Below are positions 10,124 through 19,799 of a DNA stretch of 27,509 nucleotides, piece by piece; positions within the stretch are counted from its first letter, which is position 1, and each line of letters opens with the position of its first letter. The position numbers and the translations under genes are program-made. Below the pieces are notes generated by a model. The model worked only from the letters and a program-made list of their open reading frames with translations, was not told where the DNA came from and searched no databases. The DNA lies in IMG/VR virus record IMGVR_UViG_3300032327_000490, positions 1 through 27,509 of that record; one strand, 5' to 3'. The stretch comes from a virus (lineage: Duplodnaviria; Caudoviricetes).

Positions 10124-11536
10124 TTAATATCCTAAAACGAATTTAAATTGTTCTATACCATCATCACTTCTTGAAACAGGACTTCTATTTTCAATATAAA
10201 TTATATTTCCTGAAAATTTATATAAGTCTGATTCTGTTGCACCCAATAATGTTCTTGTTAATTTTGAGCCATTATCAGCTCTTGAACTATATAATGAATC
10301 ACCAACTGTATAAGAACCTGATGTATTTATTACTTGTAATACACTGGAAGTTCTATCATAACTCAAAACTGTTGCTCTAAATGTTTTAGAACTGTCTACC
10401 GCAGTACTTGTATTCGCTTGAAAAACTTCTTCGTCTGGAAGAAAAGTACCAATTCCAGGTGAAACAAATAGTTGTGTTGCAATATTATATATTGATGCAT
10501 TTGCGACATATGGAAAATTTCTCTTCGATTTTGGATTCAACAAAAGTACAACTTGTCTATAATCAATATCTGTCGGCACATATTGAACACCATAAATACT
10601 TTCCTTTGAATTGAATTCCATAGTAATCATAAAATGTCTACATCCCAATTCAGATTTTGGATCAAATCCATGGCCACCAATTGGAGAAACTGGTGCATAA
10701 AAAGATGCTCCTGATCCATATGATGTTCCATTTGCAGCCTTACTAGTAATAGCCACATTTGCATATGTGTAATTTGCGCCTGGATTTGTTATATAAACAT
10801 CAGAGATTGCATCCCCAGTAGTTATCACGTTTGCTACTGCTCCAGTTCCATCTCCTTCAATATTCAAAGTAATCAAAGTATTAATTGGATCGTATCCTGA
10901 TCCTCCATTGATTACACCCACTACATCAATGTTTCCTATACCGGCAGGAGATTGTTGTGCATTTGGTACTGTGGTTGTTCCATCTACTGGCATCCACAAA
11001 GCATCCATAAATTTAGTTTTTCCTTGTTGGCTTATTGTGTATAAGTATTTCCATTTATATCCATCTGTTCCTGTATAAATGTTATTTGTTCCATAAGCAC
11101 CGGGTTGAAAAAATGGTTCATCTGTAGCAACTGCATCATTGTTATTCCATAGACACTTATAAACTTGATCATATCTATTTCTCACATAAAAATTTAATGC
11201 ATTAAATCCATTTAAATCTGTTGCAAACATATCAATATCATCTCTGTAATAATCATACACTTCACCACTAGTCCAATCATGCCTTTCGATAACAGGTGAA
11301 ACATCAGCGTTTGTTATTTTTTTAGCAACAAACATATTTTTAAATATGTCTTTTATGTATTTTTGATCTTGTCTTGGTTCTTCTGGATCATTCTCATCTG
11401 GCCAAGGTTTAGCACCAGATAAAAAACAATACATGTTGTTGATATTTTGGCCTGCAACTGTTGCAGTAGGAGCAAAATAATCTAACATTACTTGTTCCAA
11501 ATTAAATCCATATGTAAGAAGATTTTTATTTGCCAT
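10124..11536 (-). CDS. gp8: Baseplate wedge subunit gp8
   Basis: Motifs RHDWTSGEVYDYY, NFYVRN..QVYKCL.N, DGYKWKYLYTI and C-terminal SGNIIYIENRSPVSRSDDGIEQFKFVL; position in the baseplate cluster. Confidence 0.88.
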   Translation of the reverse strand: MANKNLLTYGFNLEQVMLDYFAPTATVAGQNINNMYCFLSGAKPWPDENDPEEPRQDQKYIKDIFKNMFVAKKITNADVSPVIERHDWTSGEVYDYYRDDIDMFATDLNGFNALNFYVRNRYDQVYKCLWNNNDAVATDEPFFQPGAYGTNNIYTGTDGYKWKYLYTISQQGKTKFMDALWMPVDGTTTVPNAQQSPAGIGNIDVVGVINGGSGYDPINTLITLNIEGDGTGAVANVITTGDAISDVYITNPGANYTYANVAITSKAANGTSYGSGASFYAPVSPIGGHGFDPKSELGCRHFMITMEFNSKESIYGVQYVPTDIDYRQVVLLLNPKSKRNFPYVANASIYNIATQLFVSPGIGTFLPDEEVFQANTSTAVDSSKTFRATVLSYDRTSSVLQVINTSGSYTVGDSLYSSRADNGSKLTRTLLGATESDLYKFSGNIIYIENRSPVSRSDDGIEQFKFVLGY

Positions 11537-11549
11537 TATTTAATTCCGA

Positions 11550-13529
11550 TTAACTATATGAGATAGAACAATATGTATTTGCAAGATCACCATCAAATGA
11601 ATAATATTTAATTCGTGCTGTTGTTGTGCCACCCAAAGTAAATGTTGTTGCGCCAACAGTAGAATTTAAAGCAGTACAACCGTGTGTAATTGTTTTTGCT
11701 GCACCACCACCTGTCGCTGTGTTTGTCACAAATAAAGTAATGTCAGAACCTTGTTTAAAGTTTGAAAGTGTGACTGCCATGTTTGCGTTGACATTACATC
11801 TTACCCATGTATCTGTTGCGAAATCTAATGTGATTGCTGTTTGTGAAGAAGGATAACTTCTTGTGTTAAACAATAATCCATTAGGAACATACAGTGTCGA
11901 ATTTGCTTCATCAATAATTGCTACGTTGCTTGCTTGAATTAGATTATTGTTTGCAAAAAGAATTGCACCGTTTGGTCGACCATATGCTTGGCGTGGAGAA
12001 ATATCGATTTGAATTTTACCATTTGCAGATCCATTTGAAAGAATCTTTGCTACTTGAAAAACTGCATTTGCTCCAGTGGGTGCTACGTTTGATGCTTGTC
12101 CAGGAGTTGTTGACAGATACAACAATTGACCATTATTACCATACGTTGATGCATCGAAATCTGATACAATACCTCTTGTGTAAACAAATCCATATGCTCC
12201 ATTTGCAATTGCAACTTTAACGAAACCTTCTACTGCTGAATTTGCAGCAGATCTAGCATCAGCAAGAACAATATAAGGAACTGCATTTGAAGTAACTGCA
12301 CCAGCTAATCGAATCCATGAGCCAGAAGGAATCGTAGATCCAGTTTCATTATAAACACGCTCAAACAGCACTTTGGAGATCGCTGGCCTGTCTCCAGCGA
12401 TATCAGTATCTTGTACTAGTGAGATTGTATTGGAAGAGTACCAGACCTGTCCTGACGTTTGTGTGGGTGGTGTTGATAGCGCAAACCATTGAATAGAATT
12501 TGCTTGTGATATTCCTGTTGTAATATTTGAAAAGTAAACATTGCCCGGAAGTGTGTTTGCAGTCAAATTACCTAAAACGATAAGATTTTTAGAAAAAGTT
12601 GCCGTATTTGACGTAAGATTATCAACAGACATTGCAGTTCCTGTTGTATTAGAAACTATATTTCCTGTTATAGTTAAACTACCAGATATTGTTCCACCTG
12701 TTTTTGCTAGTAATGTTGTCTGTGCGTAAGTATTAGCTGTATCAGTATATGATTTTGCTGCTGTTAGTGTGATTAAATCATTTGCTTGCAAGAATACGTT
12801 AGCTGTATCTGTATATGATTTTGCTGCTGTTAGTGTGATTAAATCGTTTGCTTGTAAAAATGTATTGGCTGCGCTTAGTGATGATATCGATGCACCAGCA
12901 GTTGTTTGTTGAGTACCATCAGAAAAAACATAGCCTGTTGATGTTCTGACGTTACCAGTTACATATACGTTACCTGTTACATTAGCAGTTCTTAAAAAAT
13001 CAAACGATGAATTACTAACTCTACCAACGATATTTTCAGACATTAAACCACCAACAAGAAATACAATATTTGCTCTTGTTGATGCTGTACCTATGATTAA
13101 ATTACCTTGTTGACTTGTGTTTGATGGACCATATACATACATGTATCCATCATATGCTTTAAATGCACTATAGTTGACAGGATCATTGTATGTGTTGCCG
13201 CTTATACCAAAATCAATATATTTTGTTGAGTTATCACTATCGTTTGTAGATGCAACAAAATCAGAAGAACCGTTAGAATTAAAGTTTTGTAAATTAACTT
13301 GTAAGTATGTATTACTTGAAGATGAAAATTGTCCTATAACATTAGGATAAACTAATGGATTACCACCAACGTTTAAAATTTCATTTGAGAATAGACCCGC
13401 AGCTAGAGTCTTTCCTGTAAATTTACCCGTAGTCGTTGTGGGTAAATCAACTGCAACAAACAAAGTGTTTTGTGTGTTAGCATTTAATGATGTTAATAAT
13501 GGTAATTGTGAAATTTTAATTGTGGACAT
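11550..13529 (-). CDS. Fibre-like virion structural protein (659 aa)
   Basis: N-terminal IKISQLP motif; AKSYTD coiled-coil repeat; LxVxGN beta-repeats; capsid-cement-like segment; beta-rich C-terminal domain. Confidence 0.65.
   Translation of the reverse strand: MSTIKISQLPLLTSLNANTQNTLFVAVDLPTTTTGKFTGKTLAAGLFSNEILNVGGNPLVYPNVIGQFSSSSNTYLQVNLQNFNSNGSSDFVASTNDSDNSTKYIDFGISGNTYNDPVNYSAFKAYDGYMYVYGPSNTSQQGNLIIGTASTRANIVFLVGGLMSENIVGRVSNSSFDFLRTANVTGNVYVTGNVRTSTGYVFSDGTQQTTAGASISSLSAANTFLQANDLITLTAAKSYTDTANVFLQANDLITLTAAKSYTDTANTYAQTTLLAKTGGTISGSLTITGNIVSNTTGTAMSVDNLTSNTATFSKNLIVLGNLTANTLPGNVYFSNITTGISQANSIQWFALSTPPTQTSGQVWYSSNTISLVQDTDIAGDRPAISKVLFERVYNETGSTIPSGSWIRLAGAVTSNAVPYIVLADARSAANSAVEGFVKVAIANGAYGFVYTRGIVSDFDASTYGNNGQLLYLSTTPGQASNVAPTGANAVFQVAKILSNGSANGKIQIDISPRQAYGRPNGAILFANNNLIQASNVAIIDEANSTLYVPNGLLFNTRSYPSSQTAITLDFATDTWVRCNVNANMAVTLSNFKQGSDITLFVTNTATGGGAAKTITHGCTALNSTVGATTFTLGGTTTARIKYYSFDGDLANTYCSISYS
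12733..12869 (-). repeat. Two-copy 66-bp tandem duplication (ANxFLQANDLITLTAAKSYTDT)
   Basis: agctgtatc(a/t)gtatatgattttgctgctgttagtgtgattaaatc occurs at 12735 and 12801. Confidence 0.9.
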
Positions 13530-13539
13530 TATTTTTACC

Positions 13540-16494
13540 TTAATCCAATAATAGTATATTGCCTAATTCATCTGTTATAGTATATAGACCGGATTCATCT
13601 ACGATTTCCGTTCTATATTCTAGACCTAATGGTCCATAGATAATAAAGTTTTGAGCTGTTCCATGATATGTTTTAGTTACTGACAAGTAACCACTTGCAT
13701 TATATGATAAATCTGCACTCACACTAAATTTATTTGTAAGATAATCAATGCTACTAACAGTTCTGATCATATTATTAATTTTAATAGTATCGCCAACCTT
13801 AAGAATATCTTTTAATGGATAATAAGGATCTGTGTAAACACCACCATTAATAACATTATATGAATTTGTTATCGCAGTAATATTTATAACATTACTATTG
13901 GCATTAGATGCGATTGCAACATTTGCAAAAGATAACCAAACATTATCTGTTAATGTTATTGTGTTCGCAGTAGCGTTTACTGTGTTAATTTTACTACTAA
14001 AACTATAACCATTTGTATCTGTAAATTTGATTGTTGTGTTTTGAAGAAAGATATTTGCTATATTTGTACCTGTACCAAGATAACTAAATTTAATTATATT
14101 ATTGCTTGGATTATTAAAATCAGCAACCATATCAAATTCAACAGTCGAAGACGTTAAAGAAGATAAAGGTCGACCAGTATAAAGCGCTTCGTAACTGTGT
14201 AAATTGACTTTATTATTTGACTTCATTGCAAATCTACCACGAACTTTTGTGCCTGATGGATGTAAAAGTTCTAATAATATTTTTCTATATTTTTCTATTT
14301 CTTTTTCTAGTGTGATTTGATATGTGAAGTTATTATAATCGGCACTTTGTAATACGTTAAAAGAGCTTAATTGACCTGATGTGTCTAAATATTGACCATC
14401 ACCCATTGTTAATCCATTTAAAAATGTAACATTAGCCTTGGCTTGTCCATCACCGTATGTGTAAATATTATTATCTGTATCATATCTTTCATTCCAAACC
14501 AGAGAATATTGTTCTGGTGGATAATCAGCAGCCTTAGGTATAGGAGTTGTCACAAATTTCATACTTATTGATTTTGAGTCAACCAATAAAGGTTGTTGAA
14601 CATTTGGTTTAGGTTTATTATAATCAAAAATTCTTATGTAATAAAGTGTATCCAATTCATTTGCAAAAGGATAAACTTGATCAATTTTTTCAACATTTGC
14701 TTTATATGTTGCTGTAGCCAAACTACTGCCTTGGTAAACAACATCACCTTTTCTGGGAAGATTGTTCTTGTAAAGATTTTTAACAACAATATCTTGTATT
14801 CTAAATGATGCTTTTGGTGCTGATATATAATCTTCACCGTAATTTGATATTTTAATTGATGTTATTTGGCCAACTTTATCTGTTATAGGTTCAAATTTTG
14901 CACCATCTCCTAAAATTCCAGGTATACTTAAAACAGCATTTGATGCTAAACCATTTGATGAAACAACGTTAGCACTAGGTAATATATCTGCATGATATCC
15001 TAAACCTCCTAAAGGATAAGGATAAAAATTATTTGCTGTATTGCTTCCTGGCGGATTAATGTATGTTACACTTGTTATTGCACCATTACCACTAACTGTG
15101 TTAACTTTTGCATAAGCACCGGCTCCTGTGCCACCGATGATTGTGATCATATCATTTGCTACATAACCGTTACCAGGATTGATAATTTTTATTGGTGCTA
15201 GAACACCTAAGTTTTTTAAATCTGCTTGTCTATAGTCATATACGGTGGAATATAAAGACCTTGCTGCAACTGTTGGTTTCTTCGTTAAACCGCCACCACC
15301 ACTATTTACAACAACTTTAGAAATTGGATAAGTTGATATTGTTCTTAATTCTAGTGCATTTATAATTGCTGTATTTGCATTTGCTGACGGATTAACTTTT
15401 GACCAAAGATATGATGCATCAGTCATTCTATAATTATTTGCCCTTTCAATAGTATCTAAACCAATCGTAACATTTGCTGCTGTAGCAGTTAAGTCTAATG
15501 CACCAACGTTCGCAATAGGTGGAGTTTTAAAACCTTCTAAATTTGGAAATACAATAAGTGTATTAGCTTTTTGATATGTTGAGTCAGGATCATCTGTATA
15601 ACCAAATCCACCATCCAAAACATTAACAGAAAGTAAAATACCAGAAGTTGTTGTTAAAACCGATGCTTCTGCTCCAATTCCAGTATTTGATGCTAAACCA
15701 CCATAGAATACTATTGGATCTCCTGGATAACCAGTTTCTTGAAAATTATATCCAATATAAGTTGAACCTCTAAATTTTGGATTAATTTTTACTTGACTTA
15801 TTTGACCAAGAATTTTTGCAGTTAATAACTTAGCACCAGAAGTACCGACTGGTACTTCTTTTCCATCTTTAAAATATACATCTAGATTTTTATCATTAAC
15901 AACTTTAACAAATTCACCAGACTGGAAAAGTCTTTGTATATCGGAAATAAAAACTTCTATTTTATTTTTAGCAAAAGTAACAGCTTCAATAGTTGCAATT
16001 GATTTTGATGTTAGGCCAAATAATTTATAATTTGGTGTTAATAAAAAGTCTTCATCTGTAGATGATAGTCTTAAACTTTTTGATATATACCATTTGCCAT
16101 CCGAAGTTTTTAATATAACATCTTTTGTATATAAAAAATCAACATCTGAATCATAAAGAACTTTGAATAAAAATTTATAAGAAGCTGGTGTACCTTTTGC
16201 TTTATATAATTCCCTTGCAATTTTAGATACTTTTGTTTTATCTGCTAGAATTTCTTGAGGAAAATAAGGAAGAAAATTATTATAGAAATAATCAACAAAT
16301 TTGTCTGGAACTTTATCTATATCTTTATAATCGGATATATTGTTTATTAAGTTTCCAGTATTTTCTGGTAAATCTAGCCATTCATAGTATGCTTTTAAGA
16401 ATAAAATAAAATTTCTATAATCAGGATTTTCCCTAATATGCCTAGGTATTTGATGTGGTATTAAAACTGATGTATCTGGTTTATATTGCAACAT
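13540..16494 (-). CDS. gp7: Baseplate wedge subunit gp7-like (984 aa)
   Basis: FILFLKAYYEWL, ELYKAKGTPASYKFLFKVLY, SDGKW and LQ...YNNFTY...YRKIL.ELLHPSG motifs; directly follows gp6. Confidence 0.8.
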   Translation of the reverse strand: MLQYKPDTSVLIPHQIPRHIRENPDYRNFILFLKAYYEWLDLPENTGNLINNISDYKDIDKVPDKFVDYFYNNFLPYFPQEILADKTKVSKIARELYKAKGTPASYKFLFKVLYDSDVDFLYTKDVILKTSDGKWYISKSLRLSSTDEDFLLTPNYKLFGLTSKSIATIEAVTFAKNKIEVFISDIQRLFQSGEFVKVVNDKNLDVYFKDGKEVPVGTSGAKLLTAKILGQISQVKINPKFRGSTYIGYNFQETGYPGDPIVFYGGLASNTGIGAEASVLTTTSGILLSVNVLDGGFGYTDDPDSTYQKANTLIVFPNLEGFKTPPIANVGALDLTATAANVTIGLDTIERANNYRMTDASYLWSKVNPSANANTAIINALELRTISTYPISKVVVNSGGGGLTKKPTVAARSLYSTVYDYRQADLKNLGVLAPIKIINPGNGYVANDMITIIGGTGAGAYAKVNTVSGNGAITSVTYINPPGSNTANNFYPYPLGGLGYHADILPSANVVSSNGLASNAVLSIPGILGDGAKFEPITDKVGQITSIKISNYGEDYISAPKASFRIQDIVVKNLYKNNLPRKGDVVYQGSSLATATYKANVEKIDQVYPFANELDTLYYIRIFDYNKPKPNVQQPLLVDSKSISMKFVTTPIPKAADYPPEQYSLVWNERYDTDNNIYTYGDGQAKANVTFLNGLTMGDGQYLDTSGQLSSFNVLQSADYNNFTYQITLEKEIEKYRKILLELLHPSGTKVRGRFAMKSNNKVNLHSYEALYTGRPLSSLTSSTVEFDMVADFNNPSNNIIKFSYLGTGTNIANIFLQNTTIKFTDTNGYSFSSKINTVNATANTITLTDNVWLSFANVAIASNANSNVINITAITNSYNVINGGVYTDPYYPLKDILKVGDTIKINNMIRTVSSIDYLTNKFSVSADLSYNASGYLSVTKTYHGTAQNFIIYGPLGLEYRTEIVDESGLYTITDELGNILLLD

Positions 16495-16512
16495 TTATTT
16501 TGCCGTTTTTTT

Positions 16513-18591
16513 CTATTTTTGTGCTATCACGGTCACTGCAACAGAAGAAGAATCGCTTGCATCTATTGTTATAATTTTATTATATTTTGATGTAAAAGCT
16601 GTAGTTTTTGGAGTTACTAATATTGATAATTCACCTAACGGATCATCTGTATCAAGAGGATTAAAAGAATTCAATTCTATTATTCCATTAACATAATCAA
16701 TTTTACCTGCATTGTCATTTAATATTGTCTTTACATTTTTATCATTAAAATAATACGATCTAATAGTACCATATCTACCTTGTAGATTTACTGTAAGTGC
16801 TGCTCCTGTTCCTGTGTTATCTATTGATTGAGGCACAACTGTCGCAACGGCAGACGTATAATTATTTCCTGCATTTGTTATAGTTATACCTCTAATTGTC
16901 CCTAAAGACATGATCGGTTCTGCTGTTGCACCAGTACCATCTCCATATATCATTATTGTTGGAGGCAATTGATAATTATAACCAGGATTATTGATAGAAA
17001 TTGACTCAATTCCATAACTTAATGTCGGCAGTTCTTCTAGATAAACATTCTTTACTTGTGCATTTGTAGCGTTAGTATTAGTAAATGTTAAAGGAGGTTT
17101 ACTTGTAATACCACTAGTCAAAACACCTTTTTCTAAAGGAGTATTAAAATAAAACTTATAATTATTAGGTTTTCCTAAAGTAGGATAAAACTTTTTCTCC
17201 AATCTAATATTAAAATCATTTGCAACTATAGCAGAACTATAGTTTTGTATTGCACTTAACATTAAATAAGAATTAAAAGATGAATTAAATTTATTTAATG
17301 TTTTATCTGCAAAATTATATATGGCAGATCTAATTCCATCGGCTATTTCTGCTGGCGATTGTATCGTTTTATATGGATCATAATACACAGTAATTTCTAA
17401 TCTCACATAAATGTAATCTGGATCTACAATATTTGGAGTTACAGTCACTACTGATATTGGTTTTATCACATCATCAATTAATTTTTTCTTTTGTACTTGT
17501 GTTATATTATAACTACCAGAAGGTTTTAATGAAAGGAATATTTGACCATATACAGGAGGATCATTTTCTTCTCCACCCCAAACATTAACTGAATCAAATG
17601 TTATACCAAGATTATTTTGTTGTAATATTGTAGCATAATCATTTTTTGTCACAGCACGATTTTGTGCAGCATAATTTTTTGTAGCATAAAATTTAATTTG
17701 ATCTATTGTTTCTTTGCTTGAACCATTTGATGCTGCTTGTATTGAATTGGGCTGTGTGTTGGCAAATCCATTAATAGTATCCATTAAATAGAAGCTATTT
17801 GCTCCATGTGCATCAACAGAATCTGTTGAGATGAAAGTAAGTTTTACAATATTACCATTGTTTAATTTTTTACCTAAAATGCCGTCTCCAAAATAAACTT
17901 CAAAATAACCATTCGTATTCTCTTGCACAAAATATACAAGAGAATTACCATTCAATACTAAAAAATTATCAGCTTTATTAAAAATTGTAGTTGATGTGTT
18001 TGTTGATGATTCTTGCACTAAAACAGTTAGCGTAGATAAATCAGCGTTTGTGTCAGGTATTTCAAATATAAATTTTGGATTCGTAGTCGTATTTACCGTA
18101 TATGCTTGAGATGATAATTTGCCTTGTTTCAAAGCAATATTTGTAAATTCTGCTTTTCCATTAACAATATTTGTTGTGGTATAGGATTTTGTTGTTACAA
18201 AGTTGTAATTTTTACCATTAACTGGTGAAGATAAAAAGTTTGTATAACTTGGTAAAGTTAAAGAACTGCCAGTTACTTGATTTACAGTCAGATTAATGGT
18301 TGCTTCTGGTGCAATTGGTGATTTTGGTGTATAATTTAATAGTTTAGCTTGTGAGACTACAGAACCTCTTTGTACAGCACTGTCTATAAATGTTTCATTA
18401 GCAACCATATTTAAATAATACGCATTGTATTGTGTATTATATGCAAGAACATCTAAAAGAACAGAAAGAGCTGAACCTTCATAATTGTAATCTTTTAAAA
18501 CATCTTGACTCTTTAAAAATGTTTTTAAATTGTTTTTGATAGAATCAAAATCTAAATCTATCAAATTTGTAATTGAATTGGCATTAGCCAT
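16513..18591 (-). CDS. gp6: Baseplate wedge subunit gp6
   Basis: LDFDSIKNNLKTFL...DYNYEGSALSVLLDVLAYNT, YFGDGILGK, QNRAVTKNDY and WGGEENDPPVYG motifs. Confidence 0.93.
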   Translation of the reverse strand: MANANSITNLIDLDFDSIKNNLKTFLKSQDVLKDYNYEGSALSVLLDVLAYNTQYNAYYLNMVANETFIDSAVQRGSVVSQAKLLNYTPKSPIAPEATINLTVNQVTGSSLTLPSYTNFLSSPVNGKNYNFVTTKSYTTTNIVNGKAEFTNIALKQGKLSSQAYTVNTTTNPKFIFEIPDTNADLSTLTVLVQESSTNTSTTIFNKADNFLVLNGNSLVYFVQENTNGYFEVYFGDGILGKKLNNGNIVKLTFISTDSVDAHGANSFYLMDTINGFANTQPNSIQAASNGSSKETIDQIKFYATKNYAAQNRAVTKNDYATILQQNNLGITFDSVNVWGGEENDPPVYGQIFLSLKPSGSYNITQVQKKKLIDDVIKPISVVTVTPNIVDPDYIYVRLEITVYYDPYKTIQSPAEIADGIRSAIYNFADKTLNKFNSSFNSYLMLSAIQNYSSAIVANDFNIRLEKKFYPTLGKPNNYKFYFNTPLEKGVLTSGITSKPPLTFTNTNATNAQVKNVYLEELPTLSYGIESISINNPGYNYQLPPTIMIYGDGTGATAEPIMSLGTIRGITITNAGNNYTSAVATVVPQSIDNTGTGAALTVNLQGRYGTIRSYYFNDKNVKTILNDNAGKIDYVNGIIELNSFNPLDTDDPLGELSILVTPKTTAFTSKYNKIITIDASDSSSVAVTVIAQK

Positions 18592-18592
18592 A

Positions 18593-18985
18593 TTATTTTA
18601 TTCTCTCTAAAAATAATGTTGTTGTTGTCAATTGAGTTGCATTTTCTATATAAAAACTAAGTGTAACATTATAACCATTTAGCTCATTGGAAGCCTGAAC
18701 ATTAATTTTATCAATTAGTACTCTTGGTTCAAAATTTTCTATTGTAATTCTTATTTGTTTTTCTATTTGTGATGCTGTTAACGGTGAAATAGGTTCAAAT
18801 AATAAAAAACTTACTTTTGAACCCAAATCAGGATTAAATAATCTTTCATAATGTTGAGTCAATACTAAATTGCGAACGGAACGAATGACAGCTTTTACAT
18901 CATAGCTTAGAATGACATCCTTTGTGCCTGGATTTATACCAAACATAAAGTCTAAATCTGAATATATTTTTTGTAATGTTGCCAT
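18593..18985 (-). CDS. gp25: Baseplate wedge/sheath initiator gp25
   Basis: YSDLD, AVIRSVRNLVLT..YERLFNPDLGS..LLFEP and IENFEPRV motifs (GPW/gp25 family); upstream of gp6. Confidence 0.93.
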   Translation of the reverse strand: MATLQKIYSDLDFMFGINPGTKDVILSYDVKAVIRSVRNLVLTQHYERLFNPDLGSKVSFLLFEPISPLTASQIEKQIRITIENFEPRVLIDKINVQASNELNGYNVTLSFYIENATQLTTTTLFLERIK

Positions 18986-18989
18986 GGTT

Positions 18990-18997
18990 TATTTATT
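18990..18997 (-). promoter_or_regulatory. Putative T4-type late promoter AATAAATA, 4 nt before the gp25 ATG
   Basis: 7/8 match to TATAAATA at the gene junction. Confidence 0.55.
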
Positions 18998-19787
18998 AGC
19001 TTTTATTAACTCTTTCTTTTGCATAATTTGTTCCTATAACTTCATTAACTAATTGTTTGTGTGCTGAACCATTTGAAGTAAGGGCTGCCGCTTTTCCGAA
19101 ATTAGCTACAATTTGTCTACTTCTGAAATAATATGCTTCATCACTTGTTCTTTTTCCATTTACAAAATCAGCAATATTATTTAAATTATCTACTATTTCT
19201 GTTGTTGGTCCAGTATAAGTATATGTGGGTGGAACAATATCTGGATTTGATGTAATGCCGCTTTGAATTATTGTTGGATAAGAACTAATAGTAGTAATAT
19301 AACTGGTTAAATTGCTTTTTGTGTATAAACTTGAAAATGAACCAAGAATAACAGAATTATCATCTATACTTTCAGTTTGATAAAGATAATAAGAAAGTTG
19401 TCTTCCAATATTTATTGCGAGTTGTAAAGTGGGTTTATCTCCACTCTCTGCGTTTATTCCCTCTAAGCCTGAAAGTCTTTGTGTGTGTTTGTAAAAATTA
19501 TAAGTACAAGTGGCTAGATTACTTGCAGCGGCTAATATTGAAGGAGCAGCCACATCAATACCTGTAATATTTGCAATTGCAGTTGTTATAGAAATTATAG
19601 AACTACAGGAAGTTCCAACAGGATTAACATAATAACTATTAACTCTATTATTTAACACATCACCATAATCATCATCATTTGAAATTATTTTGACATTATC
19701 CATGTGTTTTTTAGTTTTATCATCATATTCTGTAACATTACCTTGCATGGATGATGGAAAATTTAATGAATTATATAATCCTCCCAT
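18996..19787 (-). CDS. Hypothetical protein (263 aa), probably virion/baseplate associated
   Basis: Long ORF with AGGAG upstream of the ATG; lies between gp5C and gp25; no family recognised. Confidence 0.75.
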   Translation of the reverse strand: MGGLYNSLNFPSSMQGNVTEYDDKTKKHMDNVKIISNDDDYGDVLNNRVNSYYVNPVGTSCSSIISITTAIANITGIDVAAPSILAAASNLATCTYNFYKHTQRLSGLEGINAESGDKPTLQLAINIGRQLSYYLYQTESIDDNSVILGSFSSLYTKSNLTSYITTISSYPTIIQSGITSNPDIVPPTYTYTGPTTEIVDNLNNIADFVNGKRTSDEAYYFRSRQIVANFGKAAALTSNGSAHKQLVNEVIGTNYAKERVNKS

Positions 19788-19799
19788 AGTATTACTCCT

